Source: Candidatus Neptunichlamydia sp. (lineage in GTDB: Bacteria > Chlamydiota > Chlamydiia > Chlamydiales > Simkaniaceae). From it: a stretch of 64,000 nt of DNA. The notes under the pieces are model-generated. The model saw only the letters and a program-made list of their open reading frames with translations, did not search any database and was not told where the DNA came from. The translations under genes were made by a program, and so were the position numbers. Below are positions 20,213-31,110 of the stretch, one piece after another. The stretch lies in the NCBI GenBank assembly GCA_965233865.1, contig OZ247587.1, forward strand, positions 1,728,001 to 1,792,000, read 5' to 3'. Each line of letters opens with the position of its first letter. Within the stretch, counting starts at the first letter, position 1.

Positions 20213-21175
20213 ATGTTAGACCATGAAAAGCAAATCCATGATCATGAAAAGACCATTGCTCAGTTAAAAGAGCAAAATAAGGTCAATGGGATTTGGACCG
20301 ATGAGGAGCTTGTTAAGCTTGAGAAAAAGCTTGAGGAACTCAAAGATCAGGTCTATTCACAACTTTCTGCTTGGGAGCGTGTAACTATTTGTCGCCATCC
20401 CAATCGTCCCCGTTCCATTGATTATATTAAGAACCTATGTGAGAGCTTCACCGAGATCTTTGGTGATCGCCTTTACCGTGATGACCAAGCAATTGTTGCA
20501 GGTTTAGGGATCATTGGTCGGGAAAAGTTTGTTCTTATTGCTCAAGAAAAAGGATGCGATACTGAAAGTCGTCTCTACCGCAATTTTGGGATGCCGCATC
20601 CTGAAGGGTACCGGAAAGCCCTTCGAGTGATGAAACTTGCTGAAAAGTTTAATCTACCTGTCCTTTCCTTCCTAGATACTCCTGGAGCTTATCCTGGCCT
20701 TGCTGCTGAGGAACGGGGGCAAGGATCCGCTATTGCAACCAACCTTTTAGAGATGGCTAATCTTAAAACGCCCACTATTATTGTCCTTATTGGAGAAGGG
20801 TGCTCTGGAGGGGCGTTAGGAATGGGTATTGGCGATGTCTTTGGAATGCTTCAGCACTCCTACTATTCTGTGATTTCTCCTGAGGGATGTGCTTCGATTC
20901 TTTGGCGGGATGCTGCCAAAAACGAAGAAGCAGCAGAAACCCTTAAAATGCAGGCTGAAGACCTTCTTGAGTTTGAAGTAATCGACGAGATTATTGAAGA
21001 ACCTCAGGGTGGAGCCCATCATGATCCAAAGCTTGTTTATGACGGTGTGAAAAAATTCATTACAAAAGAGGCAAAGCGTCTCAAAAAAATTCCGGTTAGC
21101 GAGCTTCTAGAAAAGAGGTATCAAAAGTTTCGCAAGTTAGGGGCTTTTACTGTTGAATCAGAAGCTGCAGAGTGA
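20213..21175 (+). CDS. accA: Acetyl-CoA carboxylase carboxyltransferase alpha
   Basis: [35 protein letters not shown]. Confidence 0.98.
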   Translation: MLDHEKQIHDHEKTIAQLKEQNKVNGIWTDEELVKLEKKLEELKDQVYSQLSAWERVTICRHPNRPRSIDYIKNLCESFTEIFGDRLYRDDQAIVAGLGIIGREKFVLIAQEKGCDTESRLYRNFGMPHPEGYRKALRVMKLAEKFNLPVLSFLDTPGAYPGLAAEERGQGSAIATNLLEMANLKTPTIIVLIGEGCSGGALGMGIGDVFGMLQHSYYSVISPEGCASILWRDAAKNEEAAETLKMQAEDLLEFEVIDEIIEEPQGGAHHDPKLVYDGVKKFITKEAKRLKKIPVSELLEKRYQKFRKLGAFTVESEAAE

Positions 21176-21206
21176 CAATTAACCTAGAATCTCGTATTCT
21201 AGATTA

Positions 21207-23138
21207 ATGAAAATACTTCTAAAAGCCGCATTGCGCGTTCGCCGACATCTCTCTCTCTTTATTATTACCCTTGTTGCTCTTATTGGTCTAACTGTTTCTA
21301 GCTATGTGGAGATGTTCAGTATAGGGGTTATTTCTGATACTGGAGCCGATTTCTTTGCTCTGTTTTCTTCTAAAAATGATAAAGGCGAGTATAGTGATTA
21401 TGTCACCGAGGAAGATATCCAAGAAAAATGGAAAAAGATTGATCGGGAGAAGATAGGGCATATTACTAAAGACGATGCCCAAAGCTTTATGATTACGAAG
21501 ACGGGGAGCAATCCTCTTAAGCGTGTGATGTATCAGATCAAGCGCCACTTTCATTTCGAACAGAATATGAAGGCTTTTATTGCTCTTCTTCTTATGGTAG
21601 CAATTTTCAAGGCCTTTTTTCTTTTCTTTAGTCGTTATGCAACGCAGATTTTATCAATTCGAATTAGCCGGGATTTAAGACAGCAATATTTCGACCATCT
21701 GCAACATCAGCAAATGAGCTTTTTTCAAAAATATAACATTGGAACCCTTTCCTCAAGAGTGACGGGGGATGCTAACCAAATAGCCTCCTCAATTAATTCC
21801 TTTCTGATAAACTATATTCAAGCTCCTTTTACCATTATTGCGGCTCTTGTTGGGTGTTTCTGGATGTCGTGGCAACTCTCTACGGTAATCTTTTTAGGGC
21901 TTCCCATGATCGTTCTTCCCGTAATTTTTGTGACGCGAAAAGTGAAAAGAATCACGCGTCAGTTGCAAAAAAACCAAGAGGGATTTGCTGCAGTTCTGAT
22001 CGATTTTTTAGCAGGGATTCAAACTGTTAAAGTCTTTGCAATGGAATCCTTTTCATTTAAGAAGTATCAAGAACAAAACGTTCAAATGGCCAGGCTTGAG
22101 AGTAAAACTGCCAAATATGACCTTCTTACTCGCCCTATTCTTCACACGATTACTACTGCATGCTTAGCAACTGTCATTATTGTGGGCTTGCACATTTTAG
22201 ATATGAGGATTTCTGAGCTTATTGTTTTTGCGGGGCTTCTTCATCTTTTCTATGAGCCTGTGAAGAAGTTTGCTGAGGAAAACAGCAACATTCAAAAAGG
22301 AGTTGTTGCTGCTGAAAGGATGTATGAAGTTCTTAATCTGAAGCCTGAGATCAGTGATCGTCCTGACGCAATCAAAATGAGTCATTTTTCCACGGCACTA
22401 GAGTTTGATAAGGTGTGGTTCAAATACGGCGATAAATGGATTCTTAAGGATCTTAGCTTTTCTGTGAAAAAAGGAGAAACAGTAGCTCTTGTAGGGAGCA
22501 CTGGAGCTGGAAAATCAACGATTGTTCAGCTACTGCCCCGCCTCTATGATGTTCAAAAAGGAGAGATCAGGATAGACGGAAAGCCTATCCAGGCCTATAC
22601 TCAGAAATCTCTCCGAGAACATATTGCTTTTGTTCCTCAGAAACCCTTCCTTTTTTATGACACGATTGCGGCCAATATTTCATATGGCAAACCCTGTTCG
22701 AAGGAAGTAATTATTAAAGCGGCTAAGAAAGCTCATGTTCATGAATTTGTCAAAGACCTTCCAAATACCTACGACACCATGCTTGCTGAAACAGGAAAGA
22801 ACTTCTCTGGTGGGCAACAACAGCGTTTAGCAATCGCTCGAGCACTTTTTAAAAATGCCCCTATCTTGATTCTTGACGAGGCGACCTCTTCTCTTGATGC
22901 TGTAAGCGAAGATAAAATCAAGATGGCAATTAAAGAGCTTCACGGAGAGGTCACCCAAATCCTCATTGCTCACCGTCTTTCAACCATTGAATATGCCGAT
23001 CGGATTATCTACCTAGAGCACGGTCAAAAGATTGCCGAAGGAAGCAAGGAAGAGCTTCTTATTACCTGCGAGCCGTTCAAGCACCTTTGGGAAACGCACT
23101 TCCGTACTCAAAAACAATCTGAACCTATAGCGCGCTAA
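21207..23138 (+). CDS. msbA: Lipid A ABC exporter
   Basis: TMD+NBD: GSTGAGKS, FSGGQQQR, LDEATS; follows accA as in Chlamydia. Confidence 0.85.
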   Translation: MKILLKAALRVRRHLSLFIITLVALIGLTVSSYVEMFSIGVISDTGADFFALFSSKNDKGEYSDYVTEEDIQEKWKKIDREKIGHITKDDAQSFMITKTGSNPLKRVMYQIKRHFHFEQNMKAFIALLLMVAIFKAFFLFFSRYATQILSIRISRDLRQQYFDHLQHQQMSFFQKYNIGTLSSRVTGDANQIASSINSFLINYIQAPFTIIAALVGCFWMSWQLSTVIFLGLPMIVLPVIFVTRKVKRITRQLQKNQEGFAAVLIDFLAGIQTVKVFAMESFSFKKYQEQNVQMARLESKTAKYDLLTRPILHTITTACLATVIIVGLHILDMRISELIVFAGLLHLFYEPVKKFAEENSNIQKGVVAAERMYEVLNLKPEISDRPDAIKMSHFSTALEFDKVWFKYGDKWILKDLSFSVKKGETVALVGSTGAGKSTIVQLLPRLYDVQKGEIRIDGKPIQAYTQKSLREHIAFVPQKPFLFYDTIAANISYGKPCSKEVIIKAAKKAHVHEFVKDLPNTYDTMLAETGKNFSGGQQQRLAIARALFKNAPILILDEATSSLDAVSEDKIKMAIKELHGEVTQILIAHRLSTIEYADRIIYLEHGQKIAEGSKEELLITCEPFKHLWETHFRTQKQSEPIAR

Positions 23139-23175
23139 GTGTCTGTTTTTTAGTTAGAGGAACAAACTCAGGCTA

Positions 23176-23874
23176 TTATTTAGGGAGCATTCCAAGAGAG
23201 GCAAAGGCTTCTTTAAGCTCCTCGTTGTCGGCTTTGTCGAGGGCTCCATTTTCGTGGAGCCAGCGGACGTATCCGGGGGGCATTTCTTTGAGCGGAGTGC
23301 CACGATGTTTGCCGAAGGGCATGTGGCGGAGAGTTTGTTTTTGCTCCATGAGCTCAATGATTGTTTCCATCGTAAGGTCGTCGATCATAAGGGAAAAGAC
23401 CTGGTAGAGAACAATCACATCGTCAAGCGCGCGGTGAGCATTATTTGCCACAACCCCGTGGTATTCTCTGAGGTGCTGGAGGGAGTGGCGTGGAAGATCA
23501 GGGCGGTATTTACGAGAAAATTTGAGCGAGTCAATAAAGGGCCAGCTAGGAAAGGGGACATCATTTCTCTCAAACTCATTTTTGATAAAGGGTTTGTCAA
23601 AGGAATCATTGTTGTGGGCAATTAGTACGACTTCTTCGGAACAAAAGGAGGTGAACTTTTTGGCGACTTCTCCAAAGGAGGGAGCTTCTTTAACCATTTT
23701 GTCGGTAATATTATGGATGGCACTTGCTTCTGGAGGAATGGGGCAGCCGGGATTGATCAAGCTTTCGAATGTGCGATCAAGCACAGGGTCATAGGCTGCA
23801 ATTTCGATGATCCGGTCCTTATCAGGACGGACGCCGGTTGTTTCGGTATCGTAGTAGATGGGGCGTTTTGTCAT
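23176..23874 (-). CDS. dnaQ: DNA polymerase III epsilon-like DEDDh exonuclease
   Basis: YDTETTG, AHN...FD, HRALDD; C-terminal MPFGKHRG domain. Confidence 0.9.
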   Translation of the reverse strand: MTKRPIYYDTETTGVRPDKDRIIEIAAYDPVLDRTFESLINPGCPIPPEASAIHNITDKMVKEAPSFGEVAKKFTSFCSEEVVLIAHNNDSFDKPFIKNEFERNDVPFPSWPFIDSLKFSRKYRPDLPRHSLQHLREYHGVVANNAHRALDDVIVLYQVFSLMIDDLTMETIIELMEQKQTLRHMPFGKHRGTPLKEMPPGYVRWLHENGALDKADNEELKEAFASLGMLPK

Positions 23875-23964
23875 ATCAGTAACTGTACCTTAAGCGATTA
23901 AAATTTGTCAAAATCCCTTTGATGGGGTATGATAAATCCTTGTTGTGAATTAAGGAATAGGATA

Positions 23965-24126
23965 ATGCGAATTGCTTTAATGCTTCTTGGTTTGGTGGCC
24001 CTATTAGTGGGATGTTACCAGGTAAGTTCGAATAGGGACGATGATCTTCGCGCAGTACCGGTAACGAACAATCCTAACATTTTACCCGACAGAGGGTTGG
24101 GGCCGATGCAATCAATGCCCTATTGA
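23965..24126 (+). CDS. Small hypothetical lipoprotein
   Basis: MRIALMLLGLVALLVG-C lipobox. Confidence 0.65.
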   Translation: MRIALMLLGLVALLVGCYQVSSNRDDDLRAVPVTNNPNILPDRGLGPMQSMPY

Positions 24127-24182
24127 CTTCACTAGGGTTTATCATTAAGTTAAGCACAAAAGCAGGGACAGGCACGCTATCT

Positions 24183-25211
24183 ATGGCGAAAAAAACCATT
24201 CATCACGTTAAGTATAACTTCTTTGAGTCAAGTGCCGACGCAGCTGCAAAGGCGCTCGGCAAGGAAAAACTCAAGAGCATCTTGAAGGAGATGCTTCTCA
24301 TCCGTCATTTTGAGTTGCGGGCTGAATCGGCTTATCAGCAAGGAAAAGTGGGAGGATTCTTTCATGCCTACATGGGACAGGAAGCAATCCAAACTGCTGC
24401 TGTGAGTGCAATGGGGAGAGATCACAATTGGTGGATCACAACCTATCGGTGTCATGCCTTAGCAATGCTAAATGGAGCAACACCCAATGAAATGATGGCG
24501 GAGCTATACGGAAAGGTCACTGGAAATGCAATGGGAAGAGGGGGCTCGATGCATTTTTATGCAGATCGGATGCTTGGCGGCTTTGGAATTGTAGGAGGAC
24601 ATCTTCCTATTGCAACGGGAGCTGCGTTCTCTCTAAAGTATCAGAAACAAAACGGTGCTGCGGTCTGTTTTTTAGGAGATGGTGCATTTGTGCAAGGAGC
24701 GATCCATGAATCGCTTAACTTAGCATCTCTATGGAACCTCCCATGTATTTATGTGATTGAAAACAATCAATGGGGAATGGGAACTGCTGTGAATCGGGCT
24801 CTTTGTGTACAACCAATTGCGGAGCATTTTGCTCCTGCTTATGGAATGAAATCTTATACTTTGGATGGGATGGACTTTCTGAGTTGTTATGGAGGGTTCC
24901 ACCACATTTATGAAGAGGTTAGAAAAACAGGAAGGCCTGTATTGGTTGAAGCGGTGACCGAGCGTTTTCGAGGACATTCCATTTCTGATCCCGCTCTGTA
25001 CAGGAGCAAGGAAGAGCTTGAAGAAGCAAAAAACCGTGATCCAATTCATCTTTTTGCAAACGAGCTTAAGAAGCGCAAATTGATTAATGACAAAGAATTT
25101 GAAGCAATGGACAAAGAGCAAAAAGAGACTGTGATTGCTTCGATGAAGTTTGCTGAAGAAAGCTCAGACCCAGATGTGACCACACTTGAGGAGGATGTTT
25201 TTGCCCCATGA
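24183..25211 (+). CDS. pdhA: Pyruvate dehydrogenase E1 alpha
   Basis: GQEA, GRGGSMH, GDGA...NN TPP motif, RFRGHSISD. Confidence 0.97.
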   Translation: MAKKTIHHVKYNFFESSADAAAKALGKEKLKSILKEMLLIRHFELRAESAYQQGKVGGFFHAYMGQEAIQTAAVSAMGRDHNWWITTYRCHALAMLNGATPNEMMAELYGKVTGNAMGRGGSMHFYADRMLGGFGIVGGHLPIATGAAFSLKYQKQNGAAVCFLGDGAFVQGAIHESLNLASLWNLPCIYVIENNQWGMGTAVNRALCVQPIAEHFAPAYGMKSYTLDGMDFLSCYGGFHHIYEEVRKTGRPVLVEAVTERFRGHSISDPALYRSKEELEEAKNRDPIHLFANELKKRKLINDKEFEAMDKEQKETVIASMKFAEESSDPDVTTLEEDVFAP

Positions 25212-26203
25212 GTGATAAAATGCAGACAGTAGAGTTAAGAGAAGCAATTAGGCAAGCGATCGATGAAGAGATAGAGAGAGATGACAAAGTCTATCTCATG
25301 GGAGAAGAAGTTGCAGAGTACAACGGAGCCTACAAAGTCTCAAAGGGACTACTCGACAAGTGGGGACCAGATCGGATTATTGATACGCCGATTGCTGAAA
25401 ATGGATTTACAGGTCTAAGCATCGGCGCTGCCATGACGGGATTGCGCCCAATTGTTGAATTCATGAGTTTCAATTTTTCATTTGTAGCCTTTGACCAGCT
25501 TGTGTCAAATGCCTGCAAGATGCATTACATGTCCGGAAATCGCTTTAGCGTTCCTATTGTTTTTAGAGGACCCAATGGAGCAGCTGCTCAAGTGTCCTGT
25601 CAACATTCACATTGTGTTGAAGCTCTCTATGGAAATCTTCCTGGGTTTATTATTATGGCTCCGAGTAATCCTTATGATGCAAAGGGGCTGCTTAAAACAG
25701 CAATTCGGAATAACAGTCCGGTGATTTATTTAGAGAATGAACTTGATTATGGAATGAAAATGGAAATTCCTACCGAAGAGTATCTTGTACCGATTGGAAA
25801 GGCCAAGGTTCTCAGCGAGGGGAAACATCTGACTCTCGTCTCACATAGTCGCATGATTCATCACTGCCAAGTTGTGGTACAACACTACGCAAGGAAGGGG
25901 ATAGAAATCGAATTAATCGATCTTCGCACCATTAAACCGCTCGATATGGGAACAATTTGCGAATCGGTTCGAAAGACTCATTTTGCAGTTCTTGTGGAAG
26001 AAGGTCACATTTTTGCAGGGATTTCTGCAGAAATAGGCTTTCAAATCCAAGAACAGTGTTTTGATTTTTTAGATGCGCCATTAAACCGAGTCTGTCAACT
26101 AGAAACGCCTCTCCCTTATAACAAAGTACTCGAAAGAGAGTCCCAGCCCAATCCAGAACGTATTATGGCTGCAATCGACGAAACCTTACACCGTAGGAGC
26201 TGA
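25208..26203 (+). CDS. pdhB: Pyruvate dehydrogenase E1 beta
   Basis: GEEVAEYNGAYK, DTPIAE, FRGPNG. Confidence 0.97.
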   Translation: MSDKMQTVELREAIRQAIDEEIERDDKVYLMGEEVAEYNGAYKVSKGLLDKWGPDRIIDTPIAENGFTGLSIGAAMTGLRPIVEFMSFNFSFVAFDQLVSNACKMHYMSGNRFSVPIVFRGPNGAAAQVSCQHSHCVEALYGNLPGFIIMAPSNPYDAKGLLKTAIRNNSPVIYLENELDYGMKMEIPTEEYLVPIGKAKVLSEGKHLTLVSHSRMIHHCQVVVQHYARKGIEIELIDLRTIKPLDMGTICESVRKTHFAVLVEEGHIFAGISAEIGFQIQEQCFDFLDAPLNRVCQLETPLPYNKVLERESQPNPERIMAAIDETLHRRS

Positions 26204-26208
26204 TAACC

Positions 26209-27498
26209 ATGCCGTTTACCCTCACCATGCCGAAACTCACACCTACAATGGAAGGGGGAACCATTGTCAAGTGGCACAAAAAAGAAGGAGAATCAGTCAA
26301 AGACGGAGATCTTCTTTTTGAAGTAGCAACCGATAAAGCAACTGTTGAACATAACGCTCTTGACGGAGGTTACTTGCGAAAAATTCTTGTGCACGAAGGA
26401 GAGGAAACTCTCGTGAATCAAGCTGTTGCTGTTTTTACCGAGGTAGAAGATGAGAATATTGAAGGGTATCAGCCCGAAGGGCTCAAACAAGAAGAGTTAG
26501 AGACCTCTACTGAGGAAACAGGAACTGTAGAAATGGCCACTCCAGCGGCAAAAAAAGGAGGCGGGGTCATGTCGCAAGTTGCATTTCCGATTGAGCCGCC
26601 ACTTGAAGATTACACTTTTGAATTTGACACAGGAATGCATGAGCGCCTTGCGGCATCACCTCTTGCAAAAAAGTTAGCCAAAGAGAAAGGGATCGATTTG
26701 ACTTCCGTGAAGGGAACAGGTCCTGACGGACGGGTGATGAGTCGAGATCTGGATTTAGCGCAGCCCGATACCCCTGCAAGCTTTGGACATAAAGGATCTC
26801 CTACAGGAAAACCAGGCTCTTACGATGAAGAGATCATGTCTCCTATGCGCAAAGCTATTGGGGAAAAACTTCAAGCTTCTAAAACATTTATTCCTCATTT
26901 CTATGTTCAACAAGATGTAGATATTGAGCCGATGATCACCCTGCGTGAGCAGCTTAAAGCTGGCGGAATAAAAGTTACCTACAATGATTTTATCATGCGC
27001 GCCGCAGCACTTGCCCTTAAAGAGCATCCTGTAATGAACAGTGGATTTAATTCTGAAGGGAGTCAAATTGTTCGATTCAAGACAATTGATATCGCCGTTG
27101 CTGTGAGTATTGATGAAGGGCTTATAACTCCTATCGTGCGCCATGTCGACTATAAAAACCTTGGGCAGATTTCAGCTGAGGTGAAGCACTTAGCAGGTCT
27201 TGCCAAAGAGGGAAAACTTCAGCCTCACCAATATCGTGGAGGATCCTTCACCGTCTCGAATTTAGGAATGTTTGGAATTCATGACTTTCAAGCGATCATC
27301 AACCCCCCTCAGGTCTCGATCCTCTCAATTGGGGGAATGAGAGACTGCGCCGTTGTTAAAGATGGACAGGTTGTTCCTGGCAAGCGCATGATGCTCTCCC
27401 TCTCTAGTGACCATAGAGTAGTTGATGGGGCAGATGGAGCACGTTTCATCTGTGCAGTGCAGAAATATCTTGAAAACCCTATGATATTAATCATTTAA
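26209..27498 (+). CDS. pdhC: Dihydrolipoamide acetyltransferase E2
   Basis: Lipoyl motif ATDKA, E3-binding ASPLAKK...GTGPDGR, catalytic DHRVVDG. Confidence 0.97.
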   Translation: MPFTLTMPKLTPTMEGGTIVKWHKKEGESVKDGDLLFEVATDKATVEHNALDGGYLRKILVHEGEETLVNQAVAVFTEVEDENIEGYQPEGLKQEELETSTEETGTVEMATPAAKKGGGVMSQVAFPIEPPLEDYTFEFDTGMHERLAASPLAKKLAKEKGIDLTSVKGTGPDGRVMSRDLDLAQPDTPASFGHKGSPTGKPGSYDEEIMSPMRKAIGEKLQASKTFIPHFYVQQDVDIEPMITLREQLKAGGIKVTYNDFIMRAAALALKEHPVMNSGFNSEGSQIVRFKTIDIAVAVSIDEGLITPIVRHVDYKNLGQISAEVKHLAGLAKEGKLQPHQYRGGSFTVSNLGMFGIHDFQAIINPPQVSILSIGGMRDCAVVKDGQVVPGKRMMLSLSSDHRVVDGADGARFICAVQKYLENPMILII

Positions 27499-27617
27499 AT
27501 GATTATTTCTCTTCTGGTTCTTGGGACGGATCGAGATGTTTGGGCAGTGAAAGCTGAACCTAGATACCTAGTAAAAGCGACCAATAACGGAGCGTCTGTG
27601 ATCTTTTAAGAAGAGCT

Positions 27618-27944
27618 CTTCCTCTTGACTATGCTCTAGGAGTTGCTGAGAATTGGGCGAGGAAACAAACCACGAAAAGCGTATGGGCTCGCAAAGATGC
27701 TGCGTGGAGAACACAGCCCGCTACCCAAAAACAGAAGGAAGCTCTTTCTAAGTTTGAAATCATGTTTAACGAGAATATTTCCAAGGGGCGCGCCTCCCAG
27801 CTTTTAGATAGCAGATTCAACGAGCTGGCAACAGTTAAATAGGTCTATTGGCTCAGAGCTAACGGCGTTAATATCACAGATAATATGACTAAAATGGAGG
27901 CCCAAAAAATGATATCCGGAAGGGCGCATCAAGCAAGGAGATAA
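27618..27944 (+). pseudogene. C-terminal fragment of phage-type DEAD/DEAH helicase
   Basis: Manual translation LPLDYALGVAE...WRTQPATQKQ...ISKGRASQLLD...K*VYWL; internal TAG. Confidence 0.55.
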
Positions 27945-27946
27945 TC

Positions 27947-28601
27947 ATGGCAAAGAAAAAGAGTAACACTACAGTTCCGGCCAAACCTTCTGATGAAGAA
28001 GTACAACTTGTTTGTTCCTGGTGGGAAGGGAAATTAGCCTTAGATAATGGGTTAAAAGTTGAAATGGATCTAAATAGTGGTATCAAATTTGAGTTAGACT
28101 GTATGTCTCTTGAAGAAGAGGGGTATGGGAACTTGCTATGTGCAAAGGTGTTTTAAACTTTTGGAGTTCATAGCATTGGGATCGCATATTCAGCTTTTGT
28201 TGACTGCATTAACTGCATCCTTACAGGTTCTAACGAGTTAGAGGGGAAGAATCCGGATGAAATCAAACGGATTTTCCAAAGATGGTGCACAAATGTTTTA
28301 AGTCTTCTTTCAAGAACTTGGTCCGAGAGACGCGCAGGAGCTCATGATAGTGACGAAGATGATCATCTTAGACCACCTATCTAACTGTGAGTTTATATCC
28401 GGATCCTATCGTTCTGATGAACAAAAAAGAACCCACCGACAATCGCGGGGAGTTAAACTATCGCGACTCCTTCTTGAGTTTAAGGAAAAGCTCGATAAAC
28501 ACCGACGGCCTCATCAACAGATCAATGTCCAGCATAATCATGTTTACAATAAAGGGCAGGCAATCATTGGCTCCCACATCAATGGAAGGGGGGGTAGGTA
28601 A
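27947..28601 (+). pseudogene. Fragmented hypothetical phage-associated gene
   Basis: ORF pieces 27947-28156 and 28344-28601; C-terminal QQINVQHNHV...GQAIIG motif of genes found beside HGGxSTG proteins. Confidence 0.45.
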
Positions 28602-28620
28602 AAAATTTCAATAGAATCTC

Positions 28621-28854
28621 ATGGAAGGAATAAAAATGACCCAATGCAGAGCAAAAAGTAAAAGAAGCGGCGTCCAATGCAAGAAGCATGCTGTCAAAGG
28701 GAAAGCAGTCTGTCGCATCTATGGAGCCTATGCGGGACCGGAACGTATTAAGGAGTCCAAAACAAAGCATGGAATGTTTACAAAAGAAGCTTTTCAGGAT
28801 AGGGCAAGGCATAGAGATTTTTTAAGAGAGTGCAGAAATTGTCTATCTTATTAA
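28621..28854 (+). CDS. HGGxSTG-domain-like Cys-rich protein (degenerate)
   Basis: CRAKSKRSGVQC...CRIYGAYAGP...KHG. Confidence 0.6.
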   Translation: MEGIKMTQCRAKSKRSGVQCKKHAVKGKAVCRIYGAYAGPERIKESKTKHGMFTKEAFQDRARHRDFLRECRNCLSY

Positions 28855-29413
28855 AAACGTTGTATCATGTCATTAACTCCTGATAAAATCAGGCCTGTCC
28901 CAAGCGTCTGCGTAATTCCACTTGGGATTATGCAAAGTAATCCACCAGCAAGTGCTTTACAGAATCCTATAGCTACCCCATCGGGGACTTGGACCTCTTT
29001 TTTGTTTTTCTTTTTTTTCACTTGGATTATTTTAGGGCGGTATTCAGAGTGGGAAGAAAAAGAGGCATTCCTGATTTCATTGCTTTCTTTTGACAAAACT
29101 AATTCATATAAATCCTCAACAAAATTCCTATCTAAGGAGATACCTTGGCTCTCTGTATCTTCAAAAGTTTTTTCGAAAATTACAGAGAGGAGAGGAACGT
29201 TGTATCCTTTCTCGACGAGTAATCCTCGAGCTTTATATAAATCTTCAACAGCCCCTTCGAGTGAAAAATCTCCATCAACAAAAGTAAGACAATCTAAAAC
29301 CTTGTGACACAAATCTCTTTCCTTTACTTCTTGGCCAATAGTTCTGATGTTCATTGAAGATAAAGGAGAGATGAACGCAATTAAAGAAAAAAAAACGTCG
29401 CCAAGAACTTCAT
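28851..29413 (-). pseudogene. Secreted hypothetical protein frameshifted in an A9/T9 tract
   Basis: ATG 29413 with GGGAG RBS; adding one T at 29387-29395 gives MKFLATFFFSLIAFISPLSS fused to the 167-aa ORF. Confidence 0.6.
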
Positions 29414-29424
29414 GTTAACTCCCA

Positions 29425-29622
29425 TCAAAGTAATCTCGATAAAATGACTAAACCAATTGCCGAACCTACACCACCTATTAAAAGAGAAACAGCCCCCCAT
29501 AGTTTACTGAAACTTTGTATTTTTCCTTTTAGTCCAAGCATCCACAGCGCCTTAGATATGGCATAAGTAGAAAAAGTGAAGAGAAGAACAAAGACAATGG
29601 TTTTGAAAATCTCGTACTGCAT
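29425..29622 (-). CDS. Small two-TM membrane protein
   Basis: Two hydrophobic segments; directly upstream of the previous gene. Confidence 0.55.
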   Translation of the reverse strand: MQYEIFKTIVFVLLFTFSTYAISKALWMLGLKGKIQSFSKLWGAVSLLIGGVGSAIGLVILSRLL

Positions 29623-29723
29623 AACAAGTTTCCGTGTTCGTTAAAGATCAAATAATAACTTACTTCTTCAATTTAACACAACTCTACCTTCGGCTTGACT
29701 ATCCAGCGTGATTAAAGTAGCAT

Positions 29724-29951
29724 GTGACTACCAATGTCGAGGCGAAGAAGTCTATGCCAAAAAAAGTTGCTGTAAGAAATCACAAAAGAGTCTCTGTATG
29801 CCTGTCTGAGGATCAACTCAATAAGGTCGAGAAGATGGCGATCAAATTATCCCAAGAAGAGGGGAAAATTGTTACCATATCTGAGGCAATAAGAAGAGCC
29901 GTTGAGGTTTGCTACCCCATCATGAAACAGGGGACGTTTTTAGATGGCTAA
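29724..29951 (+). CDS. Ribbon-helix-helix (CopG-like) DNA-binding protein
   Basis: KRVSVCLSEDQLNKVEKMA...TISEAIRRAV pattern. Confidence 0.65.
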   Translation: MTTNVEAKKSMPKKVAVRNHKRVSVCLSEDQLNKVEKMAIKLSQEEGKIVTISEAIRRAVEVCYPIMKQGTFLDG

Positions 29952-30039
29952 AGACACACACTCGTCTTCCCCGTTCCACCTTTAAACGACGACGCTACGA
30001 CGGTAATCATGACCATCCTTTTCCATAGACTAACCAGCA

Positions 30040-30060
30040 AATGTAACACAGTGTTACATT
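30040..30060. repeat. Perfect inverted repeat, possible operator
   Basis: AATGTAACAC-A-GTGTTACATT. Confidence 0.6.
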
Positions 30061-30362
30061 GCATTCACAAAAAAAAAGTTACCCTAAATCCGAGATGTTG
30101 GTCAAGAAAATGTCACAAAGGTCTTTGCAAATGAAAAGAATTTGTTGTTTCAAAAAATATTTTTTTGGTTTATACTATCAAAAATAGCTTAAAATGATTA
30201 TAAGTCTTTTCAAGCCATTTTACACTCCCGCAATCCCATCACAAAACTAATGCTCAAGTAACGCAACACAACGCAAATCTGAGCCTTGTTTTTGTGAGTC
30301 TTCCCAAAATTTCTCGTTATGCTACTCTTTCCCTCAAAACAACATGCTAAAAGGAGAATGAA

Positions 30363-30602
30363 ATGTCTGCAGTAACAAAATTGACTAATACAGTGGCTAC
30401 CCAAACAACGCCATTCGGTGAGATTATTGAAGAGCCCTTTCAAGAAAAAACACCATCTGAAAAAGAAATGCCTAAATTGTCAAAATACAGCCTTTTGGAC
30501 CTTAGCAACGGTAAAAATCCATATTCAATTTGTTTTTCATGCTATCAGGTTGCCTTAAAAACCCTTATTGCTAAAAAGGGGGAAGAGGAAGTTTTTTCTT
30601 AG
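30363..30602 (+). CDS. Hypothetical, possibly truncated effector-like ORF
   Basis: AGGAG RBS, Ser/Thr-rich N-terminus; runs into the ParB-like relic. Confidence 0.4.
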   Translation: MSAVTKLTNTVATQTTPFGEIIEEPFQEKTPSEKEMPKLSKYSLLDLSNGKNPYSICFSCYQVALKTLIAKKGEEEVFS

Positions 30603-30978
30603 GTGTATGCATGGCACCATGAGACAAACCAGCATCTTTTGCGAGTAAACGATCCGTGTTCTCAGAGTAATTTCTATCTGCAGGATCTTCTATCAAGTCT
30701 TTTTTAGAAAATGTATGCCCCAATGTTGGGGCAGACTTGTTAAAATAAATACCACCATTTTCTCCACCTTTCTTCCTACCCTCATCGGCTTTTTTCTTAT
30801 TAAGAGATAAAATCCTTTCTTTCTTCATAAGAGCGTATCTCCCTCTGCAGAATTCAGTTATATTTCGCTTCATCTCGCATTGGTTGTCGATCATCTAGAT
30901 TTCAGCTTCTTCTTGATATTCGAACTCATAAGCCACAGTCTTGTACGTTAAACCATGCTTCTTACAAATCTTCAGCCG
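30571..30978 (-). pseudogene. Phage ParB-like domain protein fragment
   Basis: Manual translation RLKICKKHGLTYKT...EEAEI*MIDNQCEMKRNIT...LAKDAGLSHG; TAG where Trp is expected. Confidence 0.55.
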
Positions 30979-31110
30979 AGCAAATTGCTGCAAAGACAGC
31001 TTACGAAAAGCTTGTTCCTAAACCGTGACTGTAGAAAACCATTGCTTAAATAATACATAAAGAATTGCATTTTTGTTTTTCAAATCTTAATAATACTCAA
31101 TAACTTGGAG

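Noticed and set aside
20213..21175. accA as a self-resistance gene of an andrimid-like cluster
   Set aside because: It sits in the normal chlamydial core block 40 kb away; andrimid resistance involves an AccD homolog and no adm NRPS/PKS genes are visible
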